NCBI GenBank assembly: GCA_043228905.1
Contig: JBHGNT010000042.1
Location: 1-64,000 of the forward strand
Reading direction: 5' to 3'
DNA length: 64,000 nt
DNA from: Azolla caroliniana
Taxonomy: Eukaryota; Plantae; Polypodiophyta
Shown here: piece after piece, positions 39,901 through 53,000 of the stretch
How positions within the stretch are numbered: the first letter of the stretch is position 1
Layout of the letters: each line of letters opens with the position of its first letter
The notes under the pieces: model-generated
What the model saw: only the letters and a program-made list of their open reading frames with translations
Told to the model about the DNA's origin: nothing
Databases searched by the model: none
Program-made: the position numbers and the translations under genes

Positions 39901-42900
39901 CTAATATGGAATTAAAAAATCAAGATTTTGAAACTCAGGTCCAGAGACATGAAGAAATTAGCAAATTTGAGGAGGAAGTGGAGAAGAGCGCGTTAGTAAA
40001 TGAAAATGTTCATACCTGGCTCGTGTGATATCGGATTTCTGTGTTCAAACATGCGAATCGAAGCTAACAACGCTATCTCTAATATGGAATTAAAAAATCA
40101 AGATTTTGAAACTCAGGTCGAGAGACATGAAGAAATTAGCAAATTTGAGGAGGAAGTGGAGAAGATCGCGTTTGTAAATTAAAATGTTCATACCTGGCTC
40201 GTGTGATATCGGATTTCGGTGTTCAAACATGCGAATCGAAGCTAACAACGCTATCTCTAATATGGAATTAGAAAATGAAGATTTTGAAACTCAGGTCAAG
40301 AGACATGAAGAAATTAGCAAATTTGAGGAGGTAGTGGAGAAGAGCGCGTTAGTAAATTAAAATGTTCATACCTGGCTCGTGTGATATCGGATTTCTGTGT
40401 TCAAACATGCGAATCGAAGCTAATAACGCTAGCTCTAATATGGAATTAAAAAATCAAGATTTTGAAACTCAGGTCGAGAGACATGAAGAAATTTGCAAAT
40501 TTGAGGAGGTAGTGGAGAAGAGCGCGTTAGTAAATTATAATATGGAATCGAAAAAACAAGATTTTGAAACTCAGGTCCAGAGACATGAAGAAATTAGCAA
40601 ATTTGAGGAGGAAGTGGAGAAGATCACGTTTGTAAATTAAAATGTTCATACCTGGCTCGTGTGATATCGGATTTCTGTGTTCAAACATGCGAATCGAAGC
40701 TAACAACGCTAGCTCTAATATTGAATTAAAAAATCAAGATTTTGAAACTCAGGTCGAGAGACATGAAGAAATTAGCATATTTGAGGAGGAAGTTGAGAAG
40801 AGCGAGTCAGTAAATTAAAATGTTCATACCTGTCTCGTGTGATATCGGATTTCTGTGTTCAAACATGCGAATCGAAGCTAACAACGCTAGCTCTAATATT
40901 GAATTAAAAAATCAAGATTTTGAAACTCAGGTCGAGAGACATGAAGAAATTAGCATATTTGAGGAGGAAGTTGAGAAGAGCGAGTCAAGTAAATTAAAAT
41001 GTTCATACCTGGCTCGAGTGATATCGGATTTCGGTGTTCAAACATGCGAATCGAAGCTAACAACGCTAGCTATGATATGGAATTACAAAATCAAGATTTT
41101 AAAACTCAACTCGAGAGACATGAATAAATTAGCGAATTTGAGGAGGTAGTGGAGAAGAGCGCGTTAGTAAATTAAAATGTTCATACCTGGCTCGTGTGAT
41201 ATCGGATTTCTGTGTTCAAACATGCGAATCGAAGCTAACAACGCTATCTCTAATATGGAATTAAAAAATCAAGATTTTGAAACTCAGGTCCAGAGACATG
41301 AAGAAATTAGCAAATTTGAGGAGGTAGTGGAGAAGATCGCGTTTGTAAATTAAAATGTTCATACCTGGCTCGTGTGATATCGGATTTCTATGTTCAAACA
41401 TGCGAATCGAAGCTAACAACGCTAGCTCTAATATTTAATTAAAAAATCAAGATTTTGAAACTCAGGTCGAGAGACATGAAGAAATTAGCAAATTTGAGGA
41501 GGTAGTGGAGAAGATCGCGTTTGTAAATTAAAATGTTTATACCTGGCTCGTTTGATATCGGATTTCTATGTTCAAACATGCGACTCGAAGCTAACAACGC
41601 TAGCTCTAATATGGAATTAAAAAATCAAGATTTTGAAACTCAGGTCGAGAGACATGACGAAATTAGCATATTTGAGGAGGAAGTTGAGAAGAACGAGTCA
41701 GTAAATTAAAATGTTCATACCTGGCTCGTGTGATATCGGATTTCGGTGTTCAAACATGCGAATCGAAGCTGACAACGCTAGCTATGATATGGAATTACAA
41801 AATCAAGATTTTAAAACTCAGCTCGAGAGACATGAATAAATTAGCGAATTTGAGGAGGTAGTGGAGAAGAGCGCGTTAGTAAATTAAAATGTTCATCCCT
41901 GGCTCGTGTGATATCGGATTTCTGTTTTCAAACATGCGAATCGAAGCTAACAACGCTAGCTATGATATGGAATTAAAAAATCAAGATTTTGAAACTCAGG
42001 TCGAGAGACATGAAGAAATTAGCAAATTTGAGGAGGTAGTGGAGAAGATCGCGTTTGTAAATTAAAATGTTCATACCTGGCTCGTGTGATATCGGATTTC
42101 TGTGTTCAAACATGCGAATCGAAGCTAACAACGCTAGCTCTAATATTGAATTAAAAAATCAAGATTTTGAAACTCAGGTCGAGAGACATGAAGAAATTAG
42201 CATATTTGAGGAGGAAGTTGAGAAGAGTGCGTTAGTAAATTAAAATGTTCATACCTTGCTCTTGTGATATCGGATTTCGGTGTTCAAACATGCGAATCGA
42301 AGCTAACAACGCTAGCTATGATATAGAATTACAAAATCAAGATTTTAAAACTCAGCTCGAGAGACATGAATAAATTAGCGAATTTGAGGAGGTAGTGGAG
42401 AAGAGCGCGTTAGTAAATTAAAATGTTCATACCTGGCTCGTGTGATATCGGATTTCTATGTTCAAACATGCGAATCAAACCTAACAACGCTAGCTCTAAT
42501 ATGGAATTCAAAAATCAAGATTTTGAAACTCAGGTCCAGAGACATGAAGAAATTAGCAAATTTGAGGAGGAAGTGGAGAAGAGCGTGTTAGTAAATTAAA
42601 ATGTTCATACCTGGCTCGTGTGATATCGGATTTCTGTGTTCAAACATGCGAATCGAAGCTAACAACGCTATCTCTAATATGGAATTAAAAAATCAAGATT
42701 TTGAAACTCAGGTCAAGAGACATGAAGAAATTAGCAAATTTGAGGAGGTAGTGGAGAAGAGCGCGTTAGTAAATTAAAATGTTCATACCTGGCTCGTGTG
42801 ATATCGGATTTCTGCGTTCAAACATGCGAATCGAAGCTAACAACGCTACCTCTAATATGGAATTCAAAAATCAAGATTTTGAAACTCAGGTCCAGAGACA

Positions 42901-44299
42901 TGAAGAAATTAGCAAATTTGAGGAGGAAGTGGAGAAGAGCGCGTTAGTAAATTAAAATGTTCATACCTGGCTCGTGTGATATCGGATTTCTGTGTTCAAA
43001 CATGCGAATCGAAGCTAACAACGCTATCTCTAATATGGAATTAAAAAATCAAGATTTTGAAACTCAGGTCGAGAGACATGACGAAATTAGCATATTTGAG
43101 GAGGAAGTTGAGAAGAACGAGTCAGTAAATTAAAATGTTCATACCTGGCTCGTGTGATATCGGATTTCGGTGTTCAAACATGCGAATCGAAGCTAACAAC
43201 GCTAGCTATGATATGGAATTACAAAATCAAGATTTTAAAACTCAGCTCGAGAGACATGAATAAATTAGCGAATTTGAGGAGGTAGTGGAGAAGAGCGCGT
43301 TAGTAAATTAAAATGTTCATCCCTGGCTCGTGTGATATCGGATTTCTGTTTTCAAACATGCGAATCGAAGCTAACAACGCTAGCTATGATATGGAATTAA
43401 AAAATCAAGATTTTGAAACTCAGGTCGAGAGACATGAAGAAATTAGCAAATTTGAGGAGGTAGTGGAGAAGATCGCGTTTGTAAATTAAAATGTTCATAC
43501 CTGGCTCGTGTGATATCGGATTTCTGTGTTCAAACATGCGAATCGAAGCTAACAACGGTAGCTCTAATATTAAATTAAAAAATCAAGATTTTGAAACTCA
43601 GGTCCAGAGACATGAAGAAATTAGCAAATTTGAGGAGGAAGTGGAGAAGAGCGCGTCAGTAAATTAAAATGTTCATACCTGGCTCGTGTGATATCGGATT
43701 TCGGTGTTCGAAAATGCGAATCGAAGCTAACAACGCTATCTCTAATATGGAATTAGAAAATGAAGATTTTGAAACTCAGGTCAAGAGACATGAAGAAATT
43801 AGCATATTTGAGGAGGAAGTTGAGAAGAGCGAGTCAGTAAATTAAAATGTTCATACCTTGCTCGGGTGATATCGGATTTCGGTGTTCAAACATGCGAATC
43901 GAAGCTAACAACGCTAGCTATGATATAGAATTACAAAATCAAGATTTTAAAACTCAGCTCGAGAGACATGAATAAATTAGCGAATTTGAGGAGGTAGTGG
44001 AGAAGAGCGCGTTAGTAAATTAAAATGTTCATACCTGGCTCGTGTGATATCGGATTTCTATGTTCAAACATGCGAATCAAACGTAACAACGCTAGCTCTA
44101 ATATGGAATTCAAAAATCAAGATTTTGAAACTCAGGTCCAGAGACATGAAGAAATTAGCAAATTTGAGGAGGAAGTGGAGAAGAGCGTGTTAGTAAATTA
44201 AAATGTTCATACCTGGCTCGTGTGATATCGGATTTCTGTGTTCAAACATGCGAATCGAAGCTAACAACGCTATCTCTAATATGGAATTAAAAAATCAAG

Positions 44300-47200
44300 A
44301 TTTTGAAACTCAGGTCCAGAGACATGAAGAAATTAGCAAATTTGAGGAGGAAGTGGAGAAGAGCGCGTTAGTAAATTAAAATGTTCATACCTGGCTCGTG
44401 TGATATCGGATTTCTGTGTTCAAACATGCGAATCAAACCTAACAACGCTAGCTCTAATATGGAATTAAAAAATCAAGATTTTGAAACTCAGGTCCAGAGA
44501 CATGAAGAAATTTGCAAATTTGAGGAGGTAGTGGAGAAGAGCGCGTTAGTAAATTATAATATGGAATCGAAAAAACAAGATTTTGAAACTCAGGTCCAGA
44601 GACATGAAGAAATTAGCAAATTTGAGGAGGAAGTGGAGAAGATCACGTTTGTAAATTAAAATGTTCATACCTGGCTCCTGTGATATCGGATTTCTGTGTT
44701 CAAACATGCGAATCGAAGCTAACAACGCTATCTCTAATATTGAATTAAAAAATCAAGATTTTGAAACTCAGGTCGAGAGACATGAAGAAATTAGCATATT
44801 TGAGGAGGAAGTTGAGAAGAGTGCGTTAGTAAATTAAAATGTTCATACCTGGCTCTTGTGATATCGGATTTCTGTGTTCAAACATGCGAATCGAAGCTAA
44901 CAACGCTAGCTCTAATATGGAATTTAAAAATCAAGATTTTGAAACTCAGGTCGAGAGACATGAAGAAATTTGCAAATTTGAGGAGGTAGTGGAGAAGAGT
45001 GCGTTAGTAAATTAAAATGTTCATACCTGGCTCGTGTGATATCGGATTTCTATGTTCAAACATGCGAATCAAACCTAACAACGCTAGCTCTAATATGGAA
45101 TTCAAAAATCAAGATTTTGAAACTCAGGTCCAGAGACATGAAGAAATTAGCAAATTTGAGGAGGAAGTGGAGAAGAGCGTGTTAGTAAATTAAAATGTTC
45201 ATACCTGGCTCGTGTGATATCGGATTTCTATGTTCAAACATGCGAATCGAAGCTAACAACGCTATCTCTAATATGGAATTAAAAAATCAAGATTTTGAAA
45301 CTCAGGTCCAGAGACATGAAGAAATTAGCAAATTTGAGGAGGAAGTGGAGAAGAGCGCGTTAGTAAATGAAAATGTTCATACCTGGCTCGTGTGATATCG
45401 GATTTTTGTGTTCAAACATGCGAATCGAAGCTAACAACGCTATCTCTAATATGGAATTAAAAAATCAAGATTTTGAAACTCAGGTCGAGAGAAATGAAGA
45501 AATTAGCAAATTTGAGGAGGAAGTGGAGAAGATCGCGTTTGTAAATTAAAATGTTCATACCTGGCTCGTGTGATATCGGATTTCTGTGTTCAAACATGCG
45601 AATCGAAGCTAACAACGCTAGCTCTAATATGGAATTAAAAAATCAAGATTTTGAAACTCAGGTCGAGAGACATGAAGAAATTAGCAAATTTGAGGAGGTA
45701 GTGAAGAAGAGCCTGTTAGTAAATTAAAATGTTTATACCTGGCTCGTGTGATATCGGATTTTTGTGTTTAAACATGCGAATCGAAGCTAACAACGCTAGC
45801 TATGATATGGAATTAAAAAATCAAGATTTTGAAACTCAGGTCGAGAGACATGAAGAAATTTGCAAATTTGAGGAGGTAGTGGAGAAGAGCGCGTTAGTAA
45901 ATTATAATATGGAATCGAAAAAACAAGATTTTGAAACTCAGGTCCAGAGACATGAAGAAATTAGCAAATTTGAGGAGGAAGTGGAGAAGATCGCGTTTGT
46001 AAATTAAAATGTTCATACCTCGCTCGTGTGATATCGGATTTCTGTGTTCAAACATGCGAATCGAAGCTAACAACGCTAGCTCTAATATTGAATTAAAAAA
46101 TCAAGATTTTGAAACTCAGGTCGAGAGACATGAAGAAATTAGCATATTTGAGGAGGAAGTTGAGAAGAGCGAGTCAGTAAATTAAAATGTTCATACCTGG
46201 CTCGAGTGATATCGGATTTCGGTGTTCAAACATGCGAATCGAAGCTAACAACGCTAGCTATGATATGGAATTACAAAATCAAGATTTTAAAACTCAACTC
46301 GAGAGACATGAATAAATTAGCGAATTTGAGGAGGTAGTGGAGAAGAGCGCGTTAGTCAATTAAAATGTTCATACCTGGCTCGTGTGATATCGGATTTCTG
46401 TGTTCAAACATGCGAATCAAACCTAACAACGCTAGCTCTAATATGGAATTCAAAAATCAAGATTTTGAAACTCAGGTCCAGAGACATGAAGAAATTAGCA
46501 AATTTGAGGAGGAAGTGGAGAAGAGCGTGTTAGTAAATTAAAATGTTCATACCTGGCTCGTGTGATATCGGATTTCTGTGTTCAAACATGCGAATCGAAG
46601 CTAACAATGCTATCTCTAATATGGAATTAAAAAATCAAGATTTTGAAACTCAGGTCCAGAGACATGAAGAAATTAGCAAATTTGAGGAGGATGTGGAGAA
46701 GAGCGCGTTAGTAAATGAAAATGTTCATACCTGGCTCGTGTGATATCGGATTTCTGTGTTCAAACATGCGAATCGAAGCTAACAACGCTATCTCTAATAT
46801 GGAATTAAAAAATCAAGATTTTGAAATTCAGGTCGAGAGACATGAAGAAATTAGCAAATTTAAGGAGGTAGTGGAGAAGATCGCGTTTGTAAATTAAAAT
46901 GTTCATACCTCGCTCGTGTGATATCGGATTTCTGTGTTCAAACATGCGAATCGAAGCTAAAACGCTAGCTCTAATATGGAATTAAAAAATCAAGATTTTG
47001 AAACTCAGGTCGAGAGACATGAAGAAATTAGCAAATTTGAGGAGGTAGTGAAGAAGAGCGAGTCAGTAAATTAAAATGTTCATACCTGGCTCGAGTGATA
47101 TCGGATTTCGGTGTTCAAACATGCGAATCGAAGATAACAACGCTAGCTATGATATGGAATTACAAAATCAAGATTTTAAAACTCAGCTCGAGAGACATGA

Positions 47201-49890
47201 GTAAATTAGCAAATTTGAGGAGGTAGTGAAGAAGAGCCCGTTAGTAAATTAAAATGTTCATACCTGGCTCGTGTGATATCGGATTTCTGTGTTCAGACAT
47301 GCGAATCGAAGCTAACAACGCTAGCTCTAATATTGAATTAAAAAATCAAGATTTTGAAACTCAGGTCCAGAGACATGAAGAAATTAGCAAATTTGAGGAG
47401 GAAGTGGAGAAGAGCGCGTTAGTAAATTAAAATGTTCATACCTGGCTCGTGTGATATCGGATTTCTGTGTTCAAACATGCGAATCAAACCTAACAACGCT
47501 AGCTCTAATATGGAATTAAAAAATCAAGATTTTGAAACTCAGGTCCAGAGACATGAAGAAATTTGCAAATTTGAGGAGGTAGTGGAGAAGAGCGCGTTAG
47601 TAAATTATAATATGGAATCGAAAAAACAAGATTTTGAAACTCAGGTCCAGAGACATGAAGAAATTAGCAAATTTGAGGAGGAAGTGGAGAAGATCACGTT
47701 TGTAAATTAAAATGTTCATACCTGGCTCCTGTGATATCGGATTTCTGTGTTCAAACATGCGAATCGAAGCTAACAACGCTATCTCTAATATGGAATTAAA
47801 AAATCAAGATTTTGAAACTCAGGTCCAGAGACATGAAGAAATTAGCAAATTTGAGGAGGAAGTGGAGAAGAGCGCGTTAGTAAATGAAAATGTTCATACC
47901 TGGCTCGTGTGATATCGGATTTTTGTGTTCAAACATGCGAATCGAAGCTAACAACGCTATCTCTAATATGGAATTAAAAAATCAAGATTTTGAAACTCAG
48001 GTCGAGAGAAATGAAGAAATTAGCAAATTTGAGGAGGAAGTGGAGAAGATCGCGTTTGTAAATTAAAATGTTCATACCTGGCTCGTGTGATATCGGATTT
48101 CTGTGTTCAAACATGCGAATCGAAGCTAACAACGCTAGCTCTAATATGGAATTAAAAAATCAAGATTTTGAAACTCAGGTCGAGAGACATGAAGAAATTA
48201 GCAAATTTGAGGAGGTAGTGAAGAAGAGCCTGTTAGTAAATTAAAATGTTTATACCTGGCTCGTGTGATATCGGATTTTTGTGTTTAAACATGCGAATCG
48301 AAGCTAACAACGCTAGCTATGATATGGAATTAAAAAATCAAGATTTTGAAACTCAGGTCGAGAGACATGAAGAAATTTGCAAATTTGAGGAGGTAGTGGA
48401 GAAGAGCGCGTTAGTAAATTATAATATGGAATCGAAAAAACAAGATTTTGAAACTCAGGTCCAGAGACATGAAGAAATTAGCAAATTTGAGGAGGAAGTG
48501 GAGAAGATCGCGTTTGTAAATTAAAATGTTCATACCTGGCTCGTGTGATATCGGATTTCTGTGTTCAAACATGCGAATCGAAGCTAACAACGCTAGCTCT
48601 AATATTGAATTAAAAAATCAAGATTTTGAAACTCAGGTCGAGAGACATGAAGAAATTAGCATATTTGAGGAGGAAGTTGAGAAGAGCGAGTCAGTAAATT
48701 AAAATGTTCATACCTGGCTCGAGTGATATCGGATTTCGGTGTTCAAACATGCGAATCGAAGCTAACAACGCTAGCTATGATATGGAATTACAAAATCAAG
48801 ATTTTAAAACTCAACTCGAGAGACATGAATAAATTAGCGAATTTGAGGAGGTAGTGGAGAAGAGCGCGTTAGTCAATTAAAATGTTCATACCTGGCTCGT
48901 GTGATATCGGATTTCTGTGTTCAAACATGCGAATCAAACCTAACAACGCTAGCTCTAATATGGAATTCAAAAATCAAGATTTTGAAACTCAGGTCCAGAG
49001 ACATGAAGAAATTAGCAAATTTGAGGAGGAAGTGGAGAAGAGCGTGTTAGTAAATTAAAATGTTCATACCTGGCTCGTGTGATATCGGATTTCTGTGTTC
49101 AAACATGCGAATCGAAGCTAACAATGCTATCTCTAATATGGAATTAAAAAATCAAGATTTTGAAACTCAGGTCCAGAGACATGAAGAAATTAGCAAATTT
49201 GAGGAGGATGTGGAGAAGAGCGCGTTAGTAAATGAAAATGTTCATACCTGGCTCGTGTGATATCGGATTTCTGTGTTCAAACATGCGAATCGAAGCTAAC
49301 AACGCTATCTCTAATATGGAATTAAAAAATCAAGATTTTGAAATTCAGGTCGAGAGACATGAAGAAATTAGCAAATTTAAGGAGGTAGTGGAGAAGATCG
49401 CGTTTGTAAATTAAAATGTTCATACCTCGCTCGTGTGATATCGGATTTCTGTGTTCAAACATGCGAATCGAAGCTAAAACGCTAGCTCTAATATGGAATT
49501 AAAAAATCAAGATTTTGAAACTCAGGTCGAGAGACATGAAGAAATTAGCAAATTTGAGGAGGTAGTGAAGAAGAGCGAGTCAGTAAATTAAAATGTTCAT
49601 ACCTGGCTCGAGTGATATCGGATTTCGGTGTTCAAACATGCGAATCGAAGATAACAACGCTAGCTATGATATGGAATTACAAAATCAAGATTTTAAAACT
49701 CAGCTCGAGAGACATGAGTAAATTAGCAAATTTGAGGAGGTAGTGAAGAAGAGCCCGTTAGTAAATTAAAATGTTCATACCTGGCTCGTGTGATATCGGA
49801 TTTCTGTGTTCAGACATGCGAATCGAAGCTAACAACGCTAGCTCTAATATTGAATTAAAAAATCAAGATTTTGAAACTCAGGTCGAGAGA
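44300..49890. repeat. ~3-kb tandem duplication whose second copy lacks 3 monomers
   Basis: Offset 3051 (44381/47432), then 2517 (45195/47712, 45729/48246, 46543/49060); difference 534 = 3x178. Shared markers GGCTCCTGTG, GAGAAATGAAG, GAGGATGTGG and GAAATTCAGG. Confidence 0.85.
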
Positions 49891-52800
49891 CATGAAGAAA
49901 TTTGCAAATTTGAGGAGGTAGTGGAGAAGAGTGCGTTGGTAAATTAAAATGTTCATACCTGGCTCTTGTGATATTGGATTTCTGTGTTCAAACATGCGAA
50001 TCGAAGCTAACAACGCTATCTCTAATATGGAATTAAAAAATCAAGATTTTGAAACTCAGGTCGAGAGACATGAAGAAATTAGCAAATGTGAGGAGGTAGT
50101 GGAGAAGATCGCGTTTGTAAATTAAAATGTTCATACCTGGCTCGTGTGATATCGGATTTCTGTGTTCAAACATGCGAATCGAAGCTAACAACGCTAGCTC
50201 TAATATGGAATTAAAAAATCAAGATTTTGAAACTCAGGTCGAGAGACATGAAGAAATTAGCAAATTTGAGGAGGTAGTGAAGAAGAGCCTGTTAGTAAAT
50301 TAAAATGTTCATACCTGGCTCGTGTGATATCGGATTTCTGTGTTTAAACATGCGAATCGAAGCTAACAACGCTAGCTATGATATGGAATTAAAAAATCAA
50401 GATTTTGAAACTAAGGTCGAGAGACATGAAGAAATTTGCAAATTTGAGGAGGTAGTGGAGAAGAGCGCGTTAGTAAATTATAATATGGAATCGAAAAAAC
50501 AAGATTTTGAAACTCAGGTCCAGAGACATGAAGAAATTAGCAAATTTGAGGAGGAAGTGGAGAAGATCACGTTTGTAAATTAAAATGTTCATACCTGGCT
50601 CGTGTGATATCGGATTTCTATGTTCAAACATGCGAATCGAAGCTAACAACGCTAGCTCTAATATTGAATTAAAAAATCAAGATTTTGAAACTCAGGTCGA
50701 GAGACATGAAGAAATTAGCATATTTGAGGAGGAAGTTGAGAAGAGCGAGTCAGTAAATTAAAATGTTCATACCTTGCTCGGGTGATATCGGATTTCGGTG
50801 TTCAAACATGCGAATCGAAGCTAACAACGCTAGCTATGATATAGAATTACAAAATCAAGATTTTAAAACTCAGCTCGAGAGACATGAATAAATTAGCAAA
50901 TTTGAGGATGTATTGAAGAAGAGCCTGTTAGTAAATTAAAATGTTCATACCTGGCTCTTGTGATATCGGATTTCGGTGTTCAAACATGCGAATCGAAGCT
51001 AACAACGCTATCTCTAATATGGAATCGAAAAAACAAGATTTTGAAACTCAGGTCCAGAGACATGAATAAATTAGCGAATTTGAGGAGGTAGTGGAGAAGA
51101 GCGTGTTAGTCAATTAAAATGTTCATACCTGGCTCGTGTGATATCGGATTTCTGTGTTCAAACATGCGAATCAAACCTAACAACGCTAGCTCTAATATGG
51201 AATTCAAAAATCAAGATTTTGAAACTCAGGTCCAGAGACATGAAGAAATTAGCAAATTTGAGGAGGAAGTGGAGAAGAGCGTGTTAGTAAATTAAAATGT
51301 TCATACCTGGCTCGTGTGATATCGGATTTCTGTGTTCAAACATGCGAATCGAAGCTAACAATGCTATCTCTAATATGGAATTAGAAAATCAAGATTTTGA
51401 AACTCAGGTCCAGAGACATGAAGAAATTAGCAAATTTGAGGAGGAAGTGGAGAAGAGCGCGTTAGTAAATGAAAATGTTCATACCTGGCTCGTGTGATAT
51501 CGGATTTCTGTGTTCAAACATGCGAATCGAAGCTAACAACGCTATCTCTAATATGGAATTAAAAAATCAAGATTTTGAAACTCAGGTCGAGAGACATGAA
51601 GAAATTAGCAAATTTGAGGAGGTAGTGGAGAAGATCGCGTTTGTAAATTAAAATGTTCATACCTGGCTCGTGTGATATCGGATTTCTGTGTTCAAACATG
51701 CGAATCGAAGCTAAAACGCTAGCTCTAATATGGAATTAAAAAATCAAGATTTTGAAACTCAGGTCGAGAGACATGAAGAAATTAGCAAATTTGAGGAGGT
51801 AGTGAAGAAGAGCGAGTCAGTAAATTAAAATGTTCATACCTGGCTCGAGTGATATCGGATTTCGGTGTTCAAACATGCGAATCGAAGCTAACAACGCTAG
51901 CTATGATATGGAATTACAAAATCAAGATTTTAAAACTCAGCTCGAGAGACATGAATAAATTAGCAAATTTGAGGAGGTAGTGAAGAAGAGCCCGTTAGTA
52001 AATTAAAATGTTCATACCTGGCTCGTGTGATATCGGATTTCTGTGTTCAGACATGCGAATCGAAGCTAACAACGCTAGCTCTAATATTGAATTAAAAAAT
52101 CAAGATTTTGAAACTCACGTCGAGAGACATGAAGAAATTTGCAAATTTGAGGAGGTAGTGGAGAAGAGTGCGTTGGTAAATTAAAATGTTCATACCTGGC
52201 TCTTGTGATATCGGATTTCTGTGTTCAAACATGCGAATCGAAGCTAACAACGCTATCTCTAATATGGAATTAAAAAATCAAGATTTTGAAACTCAGGTCG
52301 AGAGACATGAAGAAATTAGCAAATTTGAGGAGGTAGTGGAGAAGATCGCGTTTGTAAATTAAAATGTTCATACCTGGCTCGTGTGATATCGGATTTCTGT
52401 GTTCAAACATGCGAATCGAAGCTAACAACGCTAGGTCTAATATGGAATTAAAAAATCAAGATTTTGAAACTCAGGTCAAGAGACATGAAGAAATTAGCAA
52501 ATTTGAGGAGGTAGTGAAGAAGAGCCTGTTAGTAAATTAAAATGTTCATACCTGGCTCGTGTGATATCGGATTTTTGTGTTTAAACATGCGAATCGAAGC
52601 TAACAACGCTAGCTATGATATGGAATTAAAAAATCAAGATTCTGAAACTAAGGTCGAGAGACATGAAGAAATTTGCAAATTTGAGGAGGTAGTGGAGAAG
52701 AGCGCGTTAGTAAATTATAATATGGAATCGAAAAAACAAGATTTTGAAACTCAGGTCCAGAGACATGAAGAAATTAGCAAATTTGAGGAGGAAGTGGAGA

Positions 52801-53000
52801 AGATCACGTTTGTAAATTAAAATGTTCATACCTGGCTCGTGTGATATCGGATTTCTGTGTTCAAACATGCGAATCGAAGCTAACAACGCTAGCTCTAATA
52901 TTGAATTAAAAAATCAAGATTTTGAAACTCAGGTCGAGAGACATGAAGAAATTAGCATATTTGAGGAGGAAGTTGAGAAGAGTGCGTTAGTAAATTAAAA
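49440..53000. repeat. Block repeated at 2237-bp offset
   Basis: 50305/52542 offset 2237 = 12x178+102-1. Markers GCTAAAACGC, GAGCCCGTT, TTCAGACATG, GCGTTGGTAA and AAACTAAGGTC occur in both copies. Confidence 0.75.

Larger units (their letters stand above)
20491..43438. repeat. 11,449-bp near-identical tandem block duplication (copy 1 ~20491-31939, copy 2 ~31940-43438)
   Basis: Constant offset 11449 for ORFs 20593/32042, 22261/33710, 22795/34244, 25607/37056, 26675/38124, 28379/39828, 28913/40362 and 29371/40820, and for the indel variants inside the block. Confidence 0.95.
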
